From an uncultured Candidatus Berkelbacteria bacterium (lineage in GTDB: Bacteria; Patescibacteriota; UBA1384; UBA12157): a DNA stretch of 64,000 bases. The notes below the pieces were generated by a model, which saw only the letters and a list, made by a program, of their open reading frames with translations, did not search any database and was not told the DNA's origin. The DNA lies in NCBI GenBank assembly GCA_903877885.1, contig CAIRFN010000004.1:19869-83868 (forward strand). The letters are read 5' to 3'. Made by a program: the position numbers and the translations under genes. Below, in pieces: positions 1-9,306 of this stretch (positions within the stretch are counted from its first letter, which is position 1; each line of letters starts with the position of its first letter).

Positions 1-22
1 TCAAGGCATTGACCTAAAAATT

Positions 23-553
23 TTGCTGTGGCTAAATAATTTTGTCAGAAATTGGGGATTTTTAAATAAAATTTTTGCCGAATATTTGATTTATATTTTG
101 CCAATCGCTTTAATTTGGCTCTGGCTTTATGATTTGAAAGCCAAAAAAACCGCGCTGCGTGCATTGATTTCGGCCGGAGTGGCTTTTTTTGCCATTGCTC
201 ATACGATTGGTAAATTTATTCACCGAGCCAGACCAACCGATACTGGCGGTATTAAAGAACTTTTGTTTCATCGACCGGATTATTCTTTTCCGTCGGATCA
301 TGCGACGGTCTTTTTTGCCATTGCCGCTTCGTTTTACTTTTCCGGTAACAAAAAACTCGGTATTATTTTCTTCATTTTAGCGATTATTAACTCGACTTTT
401 AGAGTGGCCACTGGACTGCATTGGCCAACCGATGTAATTGCCGGCGCTGGCATTGGCATTTTGACATCCTATCTCGTTTATCTTTTCGACAAACCTTTAA
501 ATATTGTTTACGATTTTGTAATTAAGTTGGCGAAGAAAGTAAAATTGGCATGA
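23..553 (+). CDS. PAP2-family phosphatase (undecaprenyl-diphosphatase/phosphatidate phosphatase-like). Start is TTG near the window edge, so the N-terminus may be incomplete.
   Basis: PAP2 motifs KFIHRARP ... PSDH ... plus several TM helices. ATGA overlap with the next ORF. Confidence 0.7.
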   Translation: MLWLNNFVRNWGFLNKIFAEYLIYILPIALIWLWLYDLKAKKTALRALISAGVAFFAIAHTIGKFIHRARPTDTGGIKELLFHRPDYSFPSDHATVFFAIAASFYFSGNKKLGIIFFILAIINSTFRVATGLHWPTDVIAGAGIGILTSYLVYLFDKPLNIVYDFVIKLAKKVKLA

Positions 554-1155
554 AAACATCAGAACGAAGTTTGTTAAATTACATTGCCTTTGGTATTTCG
601 GCGATTTTTAGTCCTTATGTGGCGGCGGCGATTTTTATTGTCTTGATCGTCTACAAATATTCGAATAATTTTGGTCAGTTTTTGCCTTGGATGATAACAT
701 TCTTCTTATTTGCCTTGGTTTTACCGGGACTTTATATTCTATGGCTATTGGAAGCGCGCAAAATTACTGATATTCATATGGCTGATCCTAATGAACGCAA
801 AACGCCTTTGATGCTGACGGCCATTTCCTCGATTGTTGGCTCAGTGATTTTATTTTATCTTCATGCTGCCAGACCGATTTTTATGATTTCGATTATTTAT
901 GCCGTAAACAGTTTAATGATTGGAATTGTAACTCAATGGTGGAAAATTAGTGTTCACACAGCTATGTTTGCCTCGATTGCCACGATTGCGGTAGTGATTT
1001 TTGGCGCGCAATTTTGGTGGTTGTATTTGATTTTATTGCCACTAGCCTGGTCCAGAATTTATCGCAAGCGCCATACGGTTTGGCAAACAATTTTCGGCGC
1101 CTCCGGCGCAACTCTAATTACTTTGCTAGTTTTTACAATTTTCGGATATATCTAA
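550..1155 (+). CDS. Polytopic membrane protein, possibly a divergent PAP2-like protein
   Basis: At least 5 hydrophobic helices. SRIYRKRHTVWQ resembles the SRx5Hx3D PAP2 motif. Start is coupled to the upstream stop. Confidence 0.45.
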   Translation: MKTSERSLLNYIAFGISAIFSPYVAAAIFIVLIVYKYSNNFGQFLPWMITFFLFALVLPGLYILWLLEARKITDIHMADPNERKTPLMLTAISSIVGSVILFYLHAARPIFMISIIYAVNSLMIGIVTQWWKISVHTAMFASIATIAVVIFGAQFWWLYLILLPLAWSRIYRKRHTVWQTIFGASGATLITLLVFTIFGYI

Positions 1156-1159
1156 ATTT

Positions 1160-1780
1160 ATGGCAACAATTATTTTATCGGCAATTGCTAACTGGATTAT
1201 GTCGGTTATTACTTCGCTTGGTTATGGCGGAGTAGTTTTGCTAATGGCCATCGAGTCGATGAATATTCCACTGCCTTCAGAAGTGATTATGCCGTTTGCT
1301 GGTTTTCAAGCGGCATTGGGCACAATGAACATTTGGTGGGCTGGGCTTGCTGGCGCCATCGGTTGCGTTTTAGGTTCTAGTCTTTCTTATTGGATTGGAA
1401 TGATTGGTGGTCGTCCGCTAATCGAAAAATACGGCAAATATATTTTAATTTCCCATCATGATTTAAATTTGGCCGAAAAATGGTTTGCCAAACACGGTGA
1501 GGTGACAGTCTTAGTTGGCCGACTTTTACCAGTTATTCGGACTTTTATTTCTTTTCCGGCTGGGATTACCAAAATGAATTTTCAACGATTTATTATATAT
1601 TCTTTTATTGGTTCTTTTCCATGGTGCGTGGCTTTAGCTTATTTAGGTCTTAAGCTAGGCGAAAATTGGGAATCGCTTCGAACTTATTTTCATGGTTTTG
1701 ACTGGGCAATTTTAGCTTTGCTTATTTTGGGAATTGTTTGGTATATCTGGCGACATATTAGAAATAGCCGAAAAAAATAA
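1160..1780 (+). CDS. DedA/SNARE-associated (VTT domain) membrane protein
   Basis: GYGGVVLLMAIESMNIPLPSEVIMPFAGF and GRLLPVIRTFISFPAGI are typical of the DedA family. Confidence 0.8.
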   Translation: MATIILSAIANWIMSVITSLGYGGVVLLMAIESMNIPLPSEVIMPFAGFQAALGTMNIWWAGLAGAIGCVLGSSLSYWIGMIGGRPLIEKYGKYILISHHDLNLAEKWFAKHGEVTVLVGRLLPVIRTFISFPAGITKMNFQRFIIYSFIGSFPWCVALAYLGLKLGENWESLRTYFHGFDWAILALLILGIVWYIWRHIRNSRKK

Positions 1781-1863
1781 TTTGTCATCAATTCTAAATA
1801 TTTCAAAAAAGCGCCATCGGCGCTTTTTTGGTATCCATTTTTCATACTTCTTGATTCATACTT

Positions 1864-2955
1864 CTAATCTAATGCCATGTCATCTAAGTCGTCATTACCT
1901 CCCGCTGGAGTTGGATTTTTTTGACCGGAATTAAATTGAGTGTCTTCTGGAGTTTGGATCACATCAATTGAACTGCCAGAATTATTGTTGGGAATTGTTG
2001 GACTACTAGTTAAACCACTACCAGATATAATCGGCGCGGCTGGCATTGGTGTATTAGATTGGGTATTGGTTGGGTTGGAATCAATCGTAATTGGACTACT
2101 GACTGGTTGAGGTTGCGTTTGCCCCATCGGATTTGGAGTGGAAATATTAATCGAATTATCAGGAGTAACTGGAGTTGGCGCAACTGGTGCTGGCATCGGT
2201 GTTGGTGGAGTTGGCGGAATTGGGGTTGGTGCCGGATTTACTGGCGCTGGAGTCGGTTGCGATGTCGCTGGTGGTGCTGGGGCCCAAGCTGGTTTTTCAG
2301 TCGGTGTTGGTGTCGGTAGGGTTGGAGTTGAAACTGGTGAAGGCGTTGGTGCTGGAATGGCAACTGGAGTTGGAATTGGATTCGATGCCGGCGGTGTCCA
2401 AGGTTTGGATTGTGGCGCTGGTGTTGGTGTTGGCACTGAAATTGGATTTGGTATCGGAGTAGCTGGTGGGGTAGAACTACTAGAACTTGGTGACGGCGTT
2501 AAAGTGACTGGTTTGGGTGAAACTGGTTGAAAATTAATTTTTGGCGGAATATTAGTCGCTTGATTATTAGTGGAACTAGCTGAATTTTGATTACTTGGTG
2601 TAAAAACCGGTTTTGGAATACTGTTGAAAGTTGGTGGAATTGGCGGTGTCGGTTTGTTTTGATTAAAACTGGGCGCCGAAGGTTGATTTTGTTGGGAATT
2701 AGCGACCGGAATCATTGGTGTACGACCAACTCGGGATGGATCTTTGGAAATTTCTTTTTCAATATTAACCGAATTGATTGAACCGCCGGTTAAACTTTCT
2801 AGATATCGGACATCAATCACAGCCACAGCCGGTTTGCCACCTTTAGTTAAGATGTAAAGTTTGTCGCGCAAAACTTCGTTGACGATTTGCGAAAAATGAT
2901 CGCGTGCTTCGGTCAGTGGAATAATGTTTTCCAACGAGACTTTTAGATTAGCCAT
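1864..2955 (-). CDS. Phd/YefM antitoxin-like N-terminal domain fused to a ~270-aa Pro/Thr/Ser-rich low-complexity tail with an acidic C-terminus
   Basis: N-terminus IPLTEARDHFSQIVNEVLRDKLYILTKGGKPAVAVIDVRYLESL matches the Phd_YefM fold. The rest is PTPxP repeats. No adjacent toxin gene. Confidence 0.6.
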   Translation of the reverse strand: MANLKVSLENIIPLTEARDHFSQIVNEVLRDKLYILTKGGKPAVAVIDVRYLESLTGGSINSVNIEKEISKDPSRVGRTPMIPVANSQQNQPSAPSFNQNKPTPPIPPTFNSIPKPVFTPSNQNSASSTNNQATNIPPKINFQPVSPKPVTLTPSPSSSSSTPPATPIPNPISVPTPTPAPQSKPWTPPASNPIPTPVAIPAPTPSPVSTPTLPTPTPTEKPAWAPAPPATSQPTPAPVNPAPTPIPPTPPTPMPAPVAPTPVTPDNSINISTPNPMGQTQPQPVSSPITIDSNPTNTQSNTPMPAAPIISGSGLTSSPTIPNNNSGSSIDVIQTPEDTQFNSGQKNPTPAGGNDDLDDMALD

Positions 2956-3023
2956 AAGACTTCCTTCCTTTTTGATTAGTGCTTTTTACTGTCCATTTTA
3001 ATCATATAACATATGCCTAACTA

Positions 3024-3052
3024 TTGACAAGAGCTGAAATATTTGTTACAAT
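3024..3052 (+). promoter_or_regulatory. Near-consensus sigma70-like promoter (TTGACA-17-TACAAT)
   Basis: ttgaca at 3024-3029, 17-nt spacer, tacaat at 3047-3052, followed by an SD and a small ORF. Confidence 0.55.
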
Positions 3053-3096
3053 ACTATAATGCTTAAAAAATAACAAAGCGTTAAGGAGAGGAAAAA

Positions 3097-3213
3097 ATGA
3101 ACAAAGAATTTAATTGCCCAGTAGCCGAGCAACTTCCAGAAGAAGAGCTCGAAGCGATCGAAACTGAATATACGATTGCCCCTGATGGTTCAGTTGTCGA
3201 AGCCACTTGCTAA
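3097..3213 (+). CDS. 38-aa acidic small protein (MNKEFNCPVAEQLPEEELEAIETEYTIAPDGSVVEATC) with its own promoter and terminator
   Basis: Strong SD (taaggagagg) 6 nt upstream of the ATG. Rho-independent terminator at 3243-3276. Below the 60-aa cutoff of the ORF track. Confidence 0.4.
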   Translation: MNKEFNCPVAEQLPEEELEAIETEYTIAPDGSVVEATC

Positions 3214-3242
3214 ATAAGAACTCAAAATAGAAATTTTCAAAA

Positions 3243-3276
3243 AATCAGCTAACATCTCAACGAGCTGATTTTTTGT
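3243..3276 (+). terminator. Rho-independent terminator
   Basis: atcagct...agctgat stem followed by TTTTTT. Confidence 0.6.
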
Positions 3277-3406
3277 TGTCTTTTTCTCTCTTGAAAATAT
3301 CCGGTAAGGCGAGTATATTAAGTTTAAATGTGATCAGATTAAAGATTGCCGCGCTTGAATTGCCATTCATGCGCGCAATGACAAAATAACAAATCAGAGG
3401 AAAAAT

Positions 3407-4684
3407 ATGTTAAATTACCAACTAACAACTTTAGATAATGGTTTAAGAGTAATTACGGCGCCGGTTACGAGTACAAAAGCGGTGACCGCCTTGGTTTTGT
3501 TTGGCGTTGGTAGTCGCTATGAAGACAAAACCGAAAACGGGATCTCGCACTTTTTGGAACATATGTTTTTTAAAGGCACCGAAAAACGACCAACCACTTT
3601 GGACATTTCTCGCGAACTTGACAGTGTTGGTGCTGGTTATAATGCCTATACCGGCGAAGAATATACCGGCTATTTTGTGCGCGTGCCTTCGGAACATTTT
3701 ACTTTGGGCTTTGATGTTTTAACTGATATGCTTTTGAACTCCAAATTCGATGCCGAAGAACTGGCTAAGGAAAAAGGCGTTATTATTGAAGAAATTAATA
3801 TGTATAATGATGATCCAAAAGCCAAAGTTGATTTGGTTGCCAGAGAATTAGTTTATCCAGATCAACCGCTGGGCCGAAATATTGCTGGTGAAAAAGATAT
3901 TATCAAAAATATGACGAGCGAGAAAATGGTGGCCTACAAAAATAAATTTTACACGCCGGAAAACATTGTCGTCGCCATTGCTGGTGGTAAAGACTCGGTT
4001 GATTGGTTAAAAGCGGTTGAAGAAAAATTTGGCAAATTACCAAAAACCCAAAAAAACGAGTTTGCAAAAGTTACCGAAGCCCAAACCGAACCGGCTGTCA
4101 AAATTTTTGAAAAGACAACCGATCAAGCCAATTTTATTTTAGGTTTTCGTTCAATCGAACGAACCGATGACCGCCGTCCGATTCTGAAAGTTTTAACTAA
4201 TTTAATGGGTCAAATGATGTCTAGCCGACTTTTTATTGAGGTTCGAGAAAAGCGGGGACTTTGCTATTACATCAATGCCGATCAATACGAATTTCAAGAT
4301 GCCGGGTTTTGGGCAGTTTCGGCTGGCGTTGATTTAAATCGAATTAAAGAGGCGATTAAGGTCATTTTAGCCGAAGTTGAAAAATTAAAAACAGATTTGA
4401 TTACCGACGAAGAATTAAGCCGCGCCCGCGAAAACTTAAAAGGTCATTTATATTTGAATTTGGAAGAATCAATGGCTGTCGCCGACTTTTTGGCTGAACA
4501 AGAATTATTATGGAATAAGATTGAAGATCCGGAAGTGGTGGCTGGTAGATACGAAAAAGTTACCCGTGAAGAAATTCGCCAAATGGCTCAAGAATTTTTT
4601 ATTCCAGCCAATTTGAATTTGGCCATCGTCGGTCCATACAAAGACGATGAAAAGTTTAAAGAAATATTAAAAAATTTTAAATAA
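3407..4684 (+). CDS. M16-family zinc metallopeptidase (insulinase/pitrilysin-like)
   Basis: Inverted zinc motif HFLEHMFFKG (HxxEH) and a downstream E. Size typical of bacterial M16B. Confidence 0.85.
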   Translation: MLNYQLTTLDNGLRVITAPVTSTKAVTALVLFGVGSRYEDKTENGISHFLEHMFFKGTEKRPTTLDISRELDSVGAGYNAYTGEEYTGYFVRVPSEHFTLGFDVLTDMLLNSKFDAEELAKEKGVIIEEINMYNDDPKAKVDLVARELVYPDQPLGRNIAGEKDIIKNMTSEKMVAYKNKFYTPENIVVAIAGGKDSVDWLKAVEEKFGKLPKTQKNEFAKVTEAQTEPAVKIFEKTTDQANFILGFRSIERTDDRRPILKVLTNLMGQMMSSRLFIEVREKRGLCYYINADQYEFQDAGFWAVSAGVDLNRIKEAIKVILAEVEKLKTDLITDEELSRARENLKGHLYLNLEESMAVADFLAEQELLWNKIEDPEVVAGRYEKVTREEIRQMAQEFFIPANLNLAIVGPYKDDEKFKEILKNFK

Positions 4685-4692
4685 AGGAAAAC

Positions 4693-5295
4693 ATGTCAAA
4701 CAAAAACACCGAACGCACCGTGGTTTTTATTAAACCAGAATCAATCCAACGCCATTTGATCGGCGATTTTATGAACCGCTTTGAACGTCGTGGCTTAAAA
4801 TTAGTTGCTTGCAAATTAATTGCCCCAACCGCTGAACAGGTTGGTAAACATTATCCAGACGATGAGTCCTGGCTTATTCCGACTGGTGAAAAAGCTTTGA
4901 AAAGTTATCAAGAAAAAGGTATTGATACCGGAAAAACCGCGATTGAAACCGCTCAACTTATTCGCCAACGCTTGATTGAACATTTTGCTGATCGTCCGCT
5001 TTTAGTCACTGTTTGGGAAGGACCACACGCCGTGGCCATGGGTCGCAAAACCGCTGGCGCTACCAACTGTTTAGTCGCTGACGTTGGTTCAATTCGCGGT
5101 GATTACTCAATGGAAAGTTATGATTTGGCCGACGCACTCGAGCGACCAATTCATACTTTAGTTCATGCTTCCGGATCGGTTGAAGAAGCGCAACAAGAAA
5201 TGAAAATTTGGTTGACTGAAGATGAGATTTTGGACTATGATTTACTTGACGAAACCGTTATCTACGAAAAAGGTTGGGGAAAAGTAAAGAGGTAG
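4693..5295 (+). CDS. ndk: Nucleoside-diphosphate kinase with an internal ~50-aa insertion
   Basis: VVFIKPESIQRHLIGDFMNRFERRGLKLVACK and active-site HASGS (cf. HGSDS). 200 aa versus ~140 for canonical NDK. Confidence 0.7.
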   Translation: MSNKNTERTVVFIKPESIQRHLIGDFMNRFERRGLKLVACKLIAPTAEQVGKHYPDDESWLIPTGEKALKSYQEKGIDTGKTAIETAQLIRQRLIEHFADRPLLVTVWEGPHAVAMGRKTAGATNCLVADVGSIRGDYSMESYDLADALERPIHTLVHASGSVEEAQQEMKIWLTEDEILDYDLLDETVIYEKGWGKVKR

Positions 5296-5303
5296 GAGGC
5301 CTT

Positions 5304-5903
5304 TTGTTTTACACGATTGAGGGAATCGATGGGGCAGGTTGCGGCGTGGTACGCCGCGCTTTAGAAAAACGTTTAACCGAAGAAAAAATTCCGTTTGAAA
5401 GTTTAAAATATCCAGTACCAAGTCTTCCTTTCGGTCGCGATATTTACGATTTTTTGGACTCTAAAATCGAAATGACTTCCGAAACGCAATTTATTGCCTT
5501 TATTGGTCAAATGGTGGCCGAAAAAGCCCGAATTCAAAAATTACGCCAAAAAGTGGTTATTGTTGACCGCTATTTACCTTGCACTTTGGTTTTTCAAGGC
5601 GCCAACGGTTTCCCTTTAAAAAAAGGTTTAGCCATGGCGAAATTGTTTGAACTGGAAAAGCCAGATCGAATTTTTTATTTACAACTTCCTTGGAAAGTCG
5701 CCTTTGAGCGTAAAAACAAAGAGGCGAGAGCCAGCGACCGTCACGAAAAAGATAAAAAATTATACCAAAAAACCAGCGAATTGTATGACGAGTTATCAAA
5801 CAAAAAAGTTTTCGGCTCTTGGCAAATAATCGATGCGACCCAAACACCGGAACAAGAAGCTGAAGAAATTTTAAAAAGAATTAAAAAAGACATAAAAAAA
5901 TAA
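5304..5903 (+). CDS. tmk: Thymidylate kinase. Probable TTG start at 5304; the ORF track starts at 5274.
   Basis: P-loop region YTIEGIDGAGCG and DRYLPCTLVFQG (cf. DRY..S.AYQG). RBS ggagg 5 nt upstream of the TTG. Confidence 0.7.
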   Translation: MFYTIEGIDGAGCGVVRRALEKRLTEEKIPFESLKYPVPSLPFGRDIYDFLDSKIEMTSETQFIAFIGQMVAEKARIQKLRQKVVIVDRYLPCTLVFQGANGFPLKKGLAMAKLFELEKPDRIFYLQLPWKVAFERKNKEARASDRHEKDKKLYQKTSELYDELSNKKVFGSWQIIDATQTPEQEAEEILKRIKKDIKK

Positions 5904-5904
5904 A

Positions 5905-6999
5905 ATGATTCAAACCTATATTGCTCCAATTATTATCGCGGCGCTAATGACTTGCGGTTTAACTTATTCAGTTAAATTAATCGCCGAACATTTGGGCATT
6001 TTTGATCAGCCTAATGAACGACGGGTTAATACTAAAGCGATTCCGCGTTTAGGTGGTGTGGCGATTGTGATTGCCTTTTTGCTCACAACTTTAGGTTATG
6101 TTTTGGCTAGCCATCGCTTGGAATTCGATCACACCAAATTTTATATTTTTGATTTGAAATTAGTTGGGGTAATTTTCGGCGCGCTCGTTCTGCTGATTGT
6201 CGGTATTTTTGATGATATTCGTGGCATTAAACCGATTTTTAAACTGCTTTGGCATATTGTCGCGGCGACGATTGTGGTAGTTTTTGGTTTGACCATAAAT
6301 TATATTCGGCTGCCTGCTGGGCTCCATATCGAATTATCCAACTGGGTGATTCCGTTCCAACTTTTTCATCAGACTTTTAATTTTGTGGTTTGGGCGGATT
6401 TACTGACAGTTTTCTGGATTGTGTTGATGATTAATACTTTAAATTTTCTCGATGGACTTGACGGCCTGGCTAGTGGCGTTTCAGTTATCGCCGCCATTAG
6501 TATTTTCTTTTTGAGTTTATCTTTGGGACAAAACGCCGCCGCTTTATTAGCTTTGATTTTTGCCGGTTCCGTCTTGGGTTTTATTCCCTGGAATTTTAAT
6601 CCGGCCAAGATTTTTATGGGCGATTCTGGCAGTATGTTTTTAGGTTATCTACTCGGTGTTTTAGCCGTTATCTCTGGTGGAAAAGTGGCAACCGCTTTCT
6701 TAGTTTTAGGCATTCCGGTTTTGGATGTTGGTTGGGTCGCTTTGCGCCGCATTTTTACCGGTCATTCACCATTTCAGGCTGATAAATTTCATTTGCATCA
6801 TCGACTTTTAGCCGCGGGTTTGACCCAGCGTCAAGCGGTTTTAATGCTTTATTTAATTTCGGCCATTTTTGGCGGCATTGCCATCTTTAGCCAAACCGCT
6901 GGCAAAATCCAAGCGATTATCTGGTTACTTTTAGTCATGGGCGCTTTAGCAATTTTGTTAATTGTATTAGAATGGAAGAAGCGAGGTAAAAGTGTATAA
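5905..6999 (+). CDS. Polyprenyl-phosphate N-acetylhexosamine-1-phosphate transferase (GT4 MraY/WecA family)
   Basis: IFMGDSGSMFLGY, DDIRGI and the HLHH motif. 10 or more TM helices. Confidence 0.8.
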   Translation: MIQTYIAPIIIAALMTCGLTYSVKLIAEHLGIFDQPNERRVNTKAIPRLGGVAIVIAFLLTTLGYVLASHRLEFDHTKFYIFDLKLVGVIFGALVLLIVGIFDDIRGIKPIFKLLWHIVAATIVVVFGLTINYIRLPAGLHIELSNWVIPFQLFHQTFNFVVWADLLTVFWIVLMINTLNFLDGLDGLASGVSVIAAISIFFLSLSLGQNAAALLALIFAGSVLGFIPWNFNPAKIFMGDSGSMFLGYLLGVLAVISGGKVATAFLVLGIPVLDVGWVALRRIFTGHSPFQADKFHLHHRLLAAGLTQRQAVLMLYLISAIFGGIAIFSQTAGKIQAIIWLLLVMGALAILLIVLEWKKRGKSV

Positions 7000-7095
7000 G
7001 AAAAAAATCCAAAAAGCCGTTTTTGTACTAGTAATTGTGGTTTTAATCGTCGGCACCATCTTGCCATTTTTTACTAAATTATGGAAGTGAGCAAA

Positions 7096-7617
7096 ATGAA
7101 AAAATCAGAAAAAGAACTCGAGGTTGACAATCAACGACCAGATGAAATCGTAGTACTGCAAATGCGGCGCCATCCGTGGGTTCTATTTAATCCGTTTTTA
7201 GTTTTGTACGCGGTTTTAATCGGGACTTGGATTTTGATTTTGATTTTCGGCTGGCCGATTTTTATCATCTATTTTTCGATTATTGCCGTGGCTTTTATAA
7301 TTAGTTATGGCAGTATTGCCTGGTTTAGCTACACTCACGATTTATTTGTTTTGACCAATCAACGGATTATCAAAATCGACCAAAAAGGTTTGTTTAGTCG
7401 TAAAGTTTCCGAAACCGAATTAGATAATGCCATTAACGTTAATTATGAAATTCATGGCATGAGAAAAACCTTGATGAATTATGGCGATGTCAATGTTTCC
7501 ACGGTCGGCGATGAGGTTTCGATGATTGCCATTCATGATATTAGTAATCCTCATTTTGTCCAAGAACGCATTATTGATCTACACAAAAAATACAAAGCTC
7601 ACTTGAACTCTCAATAG
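7096..7617 (+). CDS. Membrane protein with a YdbS/bPH-like domain. ATG at 7096 is preferred over 7081 because of the RBS.
   Basis: Two TM helices followed by a soluble domain. No catalytic motifs. Confidence 0.45.
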   Translation: MKKSEKELEVDNQRPDEIVVLQMRRHPWVLFNPFLVLYAVLIGTWILILIFGWPIFIIYFSIIAVAFIISYGSIAWFSYTHDLFVLTNQRIIKIDQKGLFSRKVSETELDNAINVNYEIHGMRKTLMNYGDVNVSTVGDEVSMIAIHDISNPHFVQERIIDLHKKYKAHLNSQ

Positions 7618-7623
7618 ACCAGA

Positions 7624-7653
7624 TTACCACCTTGGAGGTGGTAACATATGGTT
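7624..7653. repeat. Copy A of a conserved ~30-40-nt palindromic element (ttaccacc-ttgga-ggtggtaacatatggtt)
   Basis: The same flanks and stem recur at 32641-32670 with the loop sequence inverted. Confidence 0.6.
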
Positions 7654-7656
7654 TAA

Positions 7657-7890
7657 TTATTTTTTTTCGAGTATTTTTTCGATTCTGGCTTTGTCAAAGC
7701 CGACGATTATTTCGTCGTCGATTTTAATAACCGGTACGCCCATTTGACCGGAAAGATCAATCATTTCTTTGGCTTTGGCTTGATCGAGTCCAACATTAAA
7801 ATCCTCAAACGGAATATTTTTGCCTTTGAAATAATTTTTGGCCAGCGTACACCACGGGCAACTTAAGGTTGAATAAATTGATATTTTCAT
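7657..7890 (-). CDS. Glutaredoxin-like protein (NrdH/YruB-type)
   Basis: CPWC redox motif and a C-terminal thioredoxin-fold pattern (IDDEIIVGFD). Confidence 0.75.
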   Translation of the reverse strand: MKISIYSTLSCPWCTLAKNYFKGKNIPFEDFNVGLDQAKAKEMIDLSGQMGVPVIKIDDEIIVGFDKARIEKILEKK

Positions 7891-7900
7891 AAAATCCTTT

Positions 7901-8266
7901 TTAAAATTTCTTAGCTAATTTTTGGGCATAATCGCCAATAATTGGCAGTTTAAAACTTTCGCCTTGATAGGCCTTGATCATTAAAATAATCCAAGTGGCA
8001 AAGATGGCCGCCCAGAGTAAATACAAAAATGGTCCAAGTAAAAACCATAAGATAAAACCAAGAATCATCACGGCAATGTAAATAGCGGCCATGGCGACAT
8101 TAAACAGAATCGATTGCATGGCGTGAAACCGAACATAAGGATTTTTACTGGTGACAAAAAATACAATTCCGCCTACGAGCCAAAAAAAGTAACTCAAAGT
8201 GGCAGCTACTTTTAGATCAAGTGTATTCTTAATCGATGGTTTGTGTGGTTCGACATTCTCGCTCAT
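7901..8266 (-). CDS. Small membrane protein (DUF4870-like)
   Basis: Three hydrophobic helices. No other motif. Confidence 0.45.
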   Translation of the reverse strand: MSENVEPHKPSIKNTLDLKVAATLSYFFWLVGGIVFFVTSKNPYVRFHAMQSILFNVAMAAIYIAVMILGFILWFLLGPFLYLLWAAIFATWIILMIKAYQGESFKLPIIGDYAQKLAKKF

Positions 8267-8444
8267 TTTTCTCTCCTTATATATTTAGATTAAGGCAAAT
8301 TCGGCTTTGTGTCAATTGATATTATAATTGGCTTGTGAGTCGAGGTTTTTAGGATTAGAATAAAAGTAATAGTTCATAAGCAAGCGTAAAACCTCGAGCG
8401 GTTTAGCTCATGGAGCTTCATAAAAGAAAAAATCAAGGAGAACT

Positions 8445-9293
8445 ATGTCAGACGAAATTATTATTATTCAAAAAGAACTGGAAAAAATTAGACGGGTTGA
8501 GCAAGATATTGAATATTGGACGGCCAGAGATTTAATGCCGATGTTGGGCTATAAAAAGTGGTCAACTTTTTTAAAAGCTATCGATAGGGCAAAATCATCA
8601 TGCGAAAATAGTAGCCAAAACGTATTAGACCATTTTGCCGGCGCCGGCAAAATGGTTGTTCTTGGATCAGGTAGTCAAAGAGAAATTGAAGATTTTTTAC
8701 TCACTCGTTACGCTTGTTATTTAATAGCTCAAAACGGTGATCCCAGAAAACCGGAAATTGCTTTCGCGCAGACTTATTTCGCGATTCAGACTCGCAGACA
8801 GGAAATAAACGAACAACGAATTGAAGAAGATAAAAGACTCGAAGCTAGATATAAGCTAAAAGAAACCGAAGAAACAATCGAACAAACTGTGTACGAGCGC
8901 GGTATAAAATTACCAATAGAATTCGCAACTTTTAAAAATAAACATATCAAGGCGCTTTATGGCGGAATTGATGCTATCGATTTGAAGATAAAAAGAAATA
9001 TTCCAAAACATCGAGCTCTGGCTGATTTTGATAGTCATGTCGAACTTCGTGCAAAAGATTTTGCTTTAGCAATGACAGATCACAATATCAGAGAAAAGAA
9101 TTTGGTTGGTATTCCTAAACTCGAAAGTGAAGTTATGGCTAATAGCCATGCGACAAGAAAAACTTTAATTGAAAGAGGAATCAAACCAGAAAATTTGAGG
9201 CCTGAAGAAGATATAAAAAAGATCGAAAATAGACGAAAAAAGATTGAAAAATTGCAGAATAGTACAAATAAATATTTAACTGAAAAATTGTAA
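8445..9293 (+). CDS. dinD: DNA-damage-inducible protein D-like (KilA-N/Bro-N domain)
   Basis: The first ~110 aa (WTARDLMPMLGYKKWSTFLKAIDRAKSS...KMVVLGSGSQREIEDFLLTRYACYLIAQNGDPRKPEIAFAQTYFAIQTRRQE) closely follow the E. coli DinD pattern. Confidence 0.65.
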   Translation: MSDEIIIIQKELEKIRRVEQDIEYWTARDLMPMLGYKKWSTFLKAIDRAKSSCENSSQNVLDHFAGAGKMVVLGSGSQREIEDFLLTRYACYLIAQNGDPRKPEIAFAQTYFAIQTRRQEINEQRIEEDKRLEARYKLKETEETIEQTVYERGIKLPIEFATFKNKHIKALYGGIDAIDLKIKRNIPKHRALADFDSHVELRAKDFALAMTDHNIREKNLVGIPKLESEVMANSHATRKTLIERGIKPENLRPEEDIKKIENRRKKIEKLQNSTNKYLTEKL

Positions 9294-9306
9294 AATAAAC
9301 TAAATC

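Noticed and set aside
2059-2781. Four plus-strand ORFs (86-130 aa) rich in Gly/Val/Trp/Cys.
   Set aside because: They lie antisense to the Pro/Thr-rich repeat of the 1864-2955 gene. Reverse-complemented CCN/ACN repeats give GGN/GTN codons, so these are compositional artefacts.
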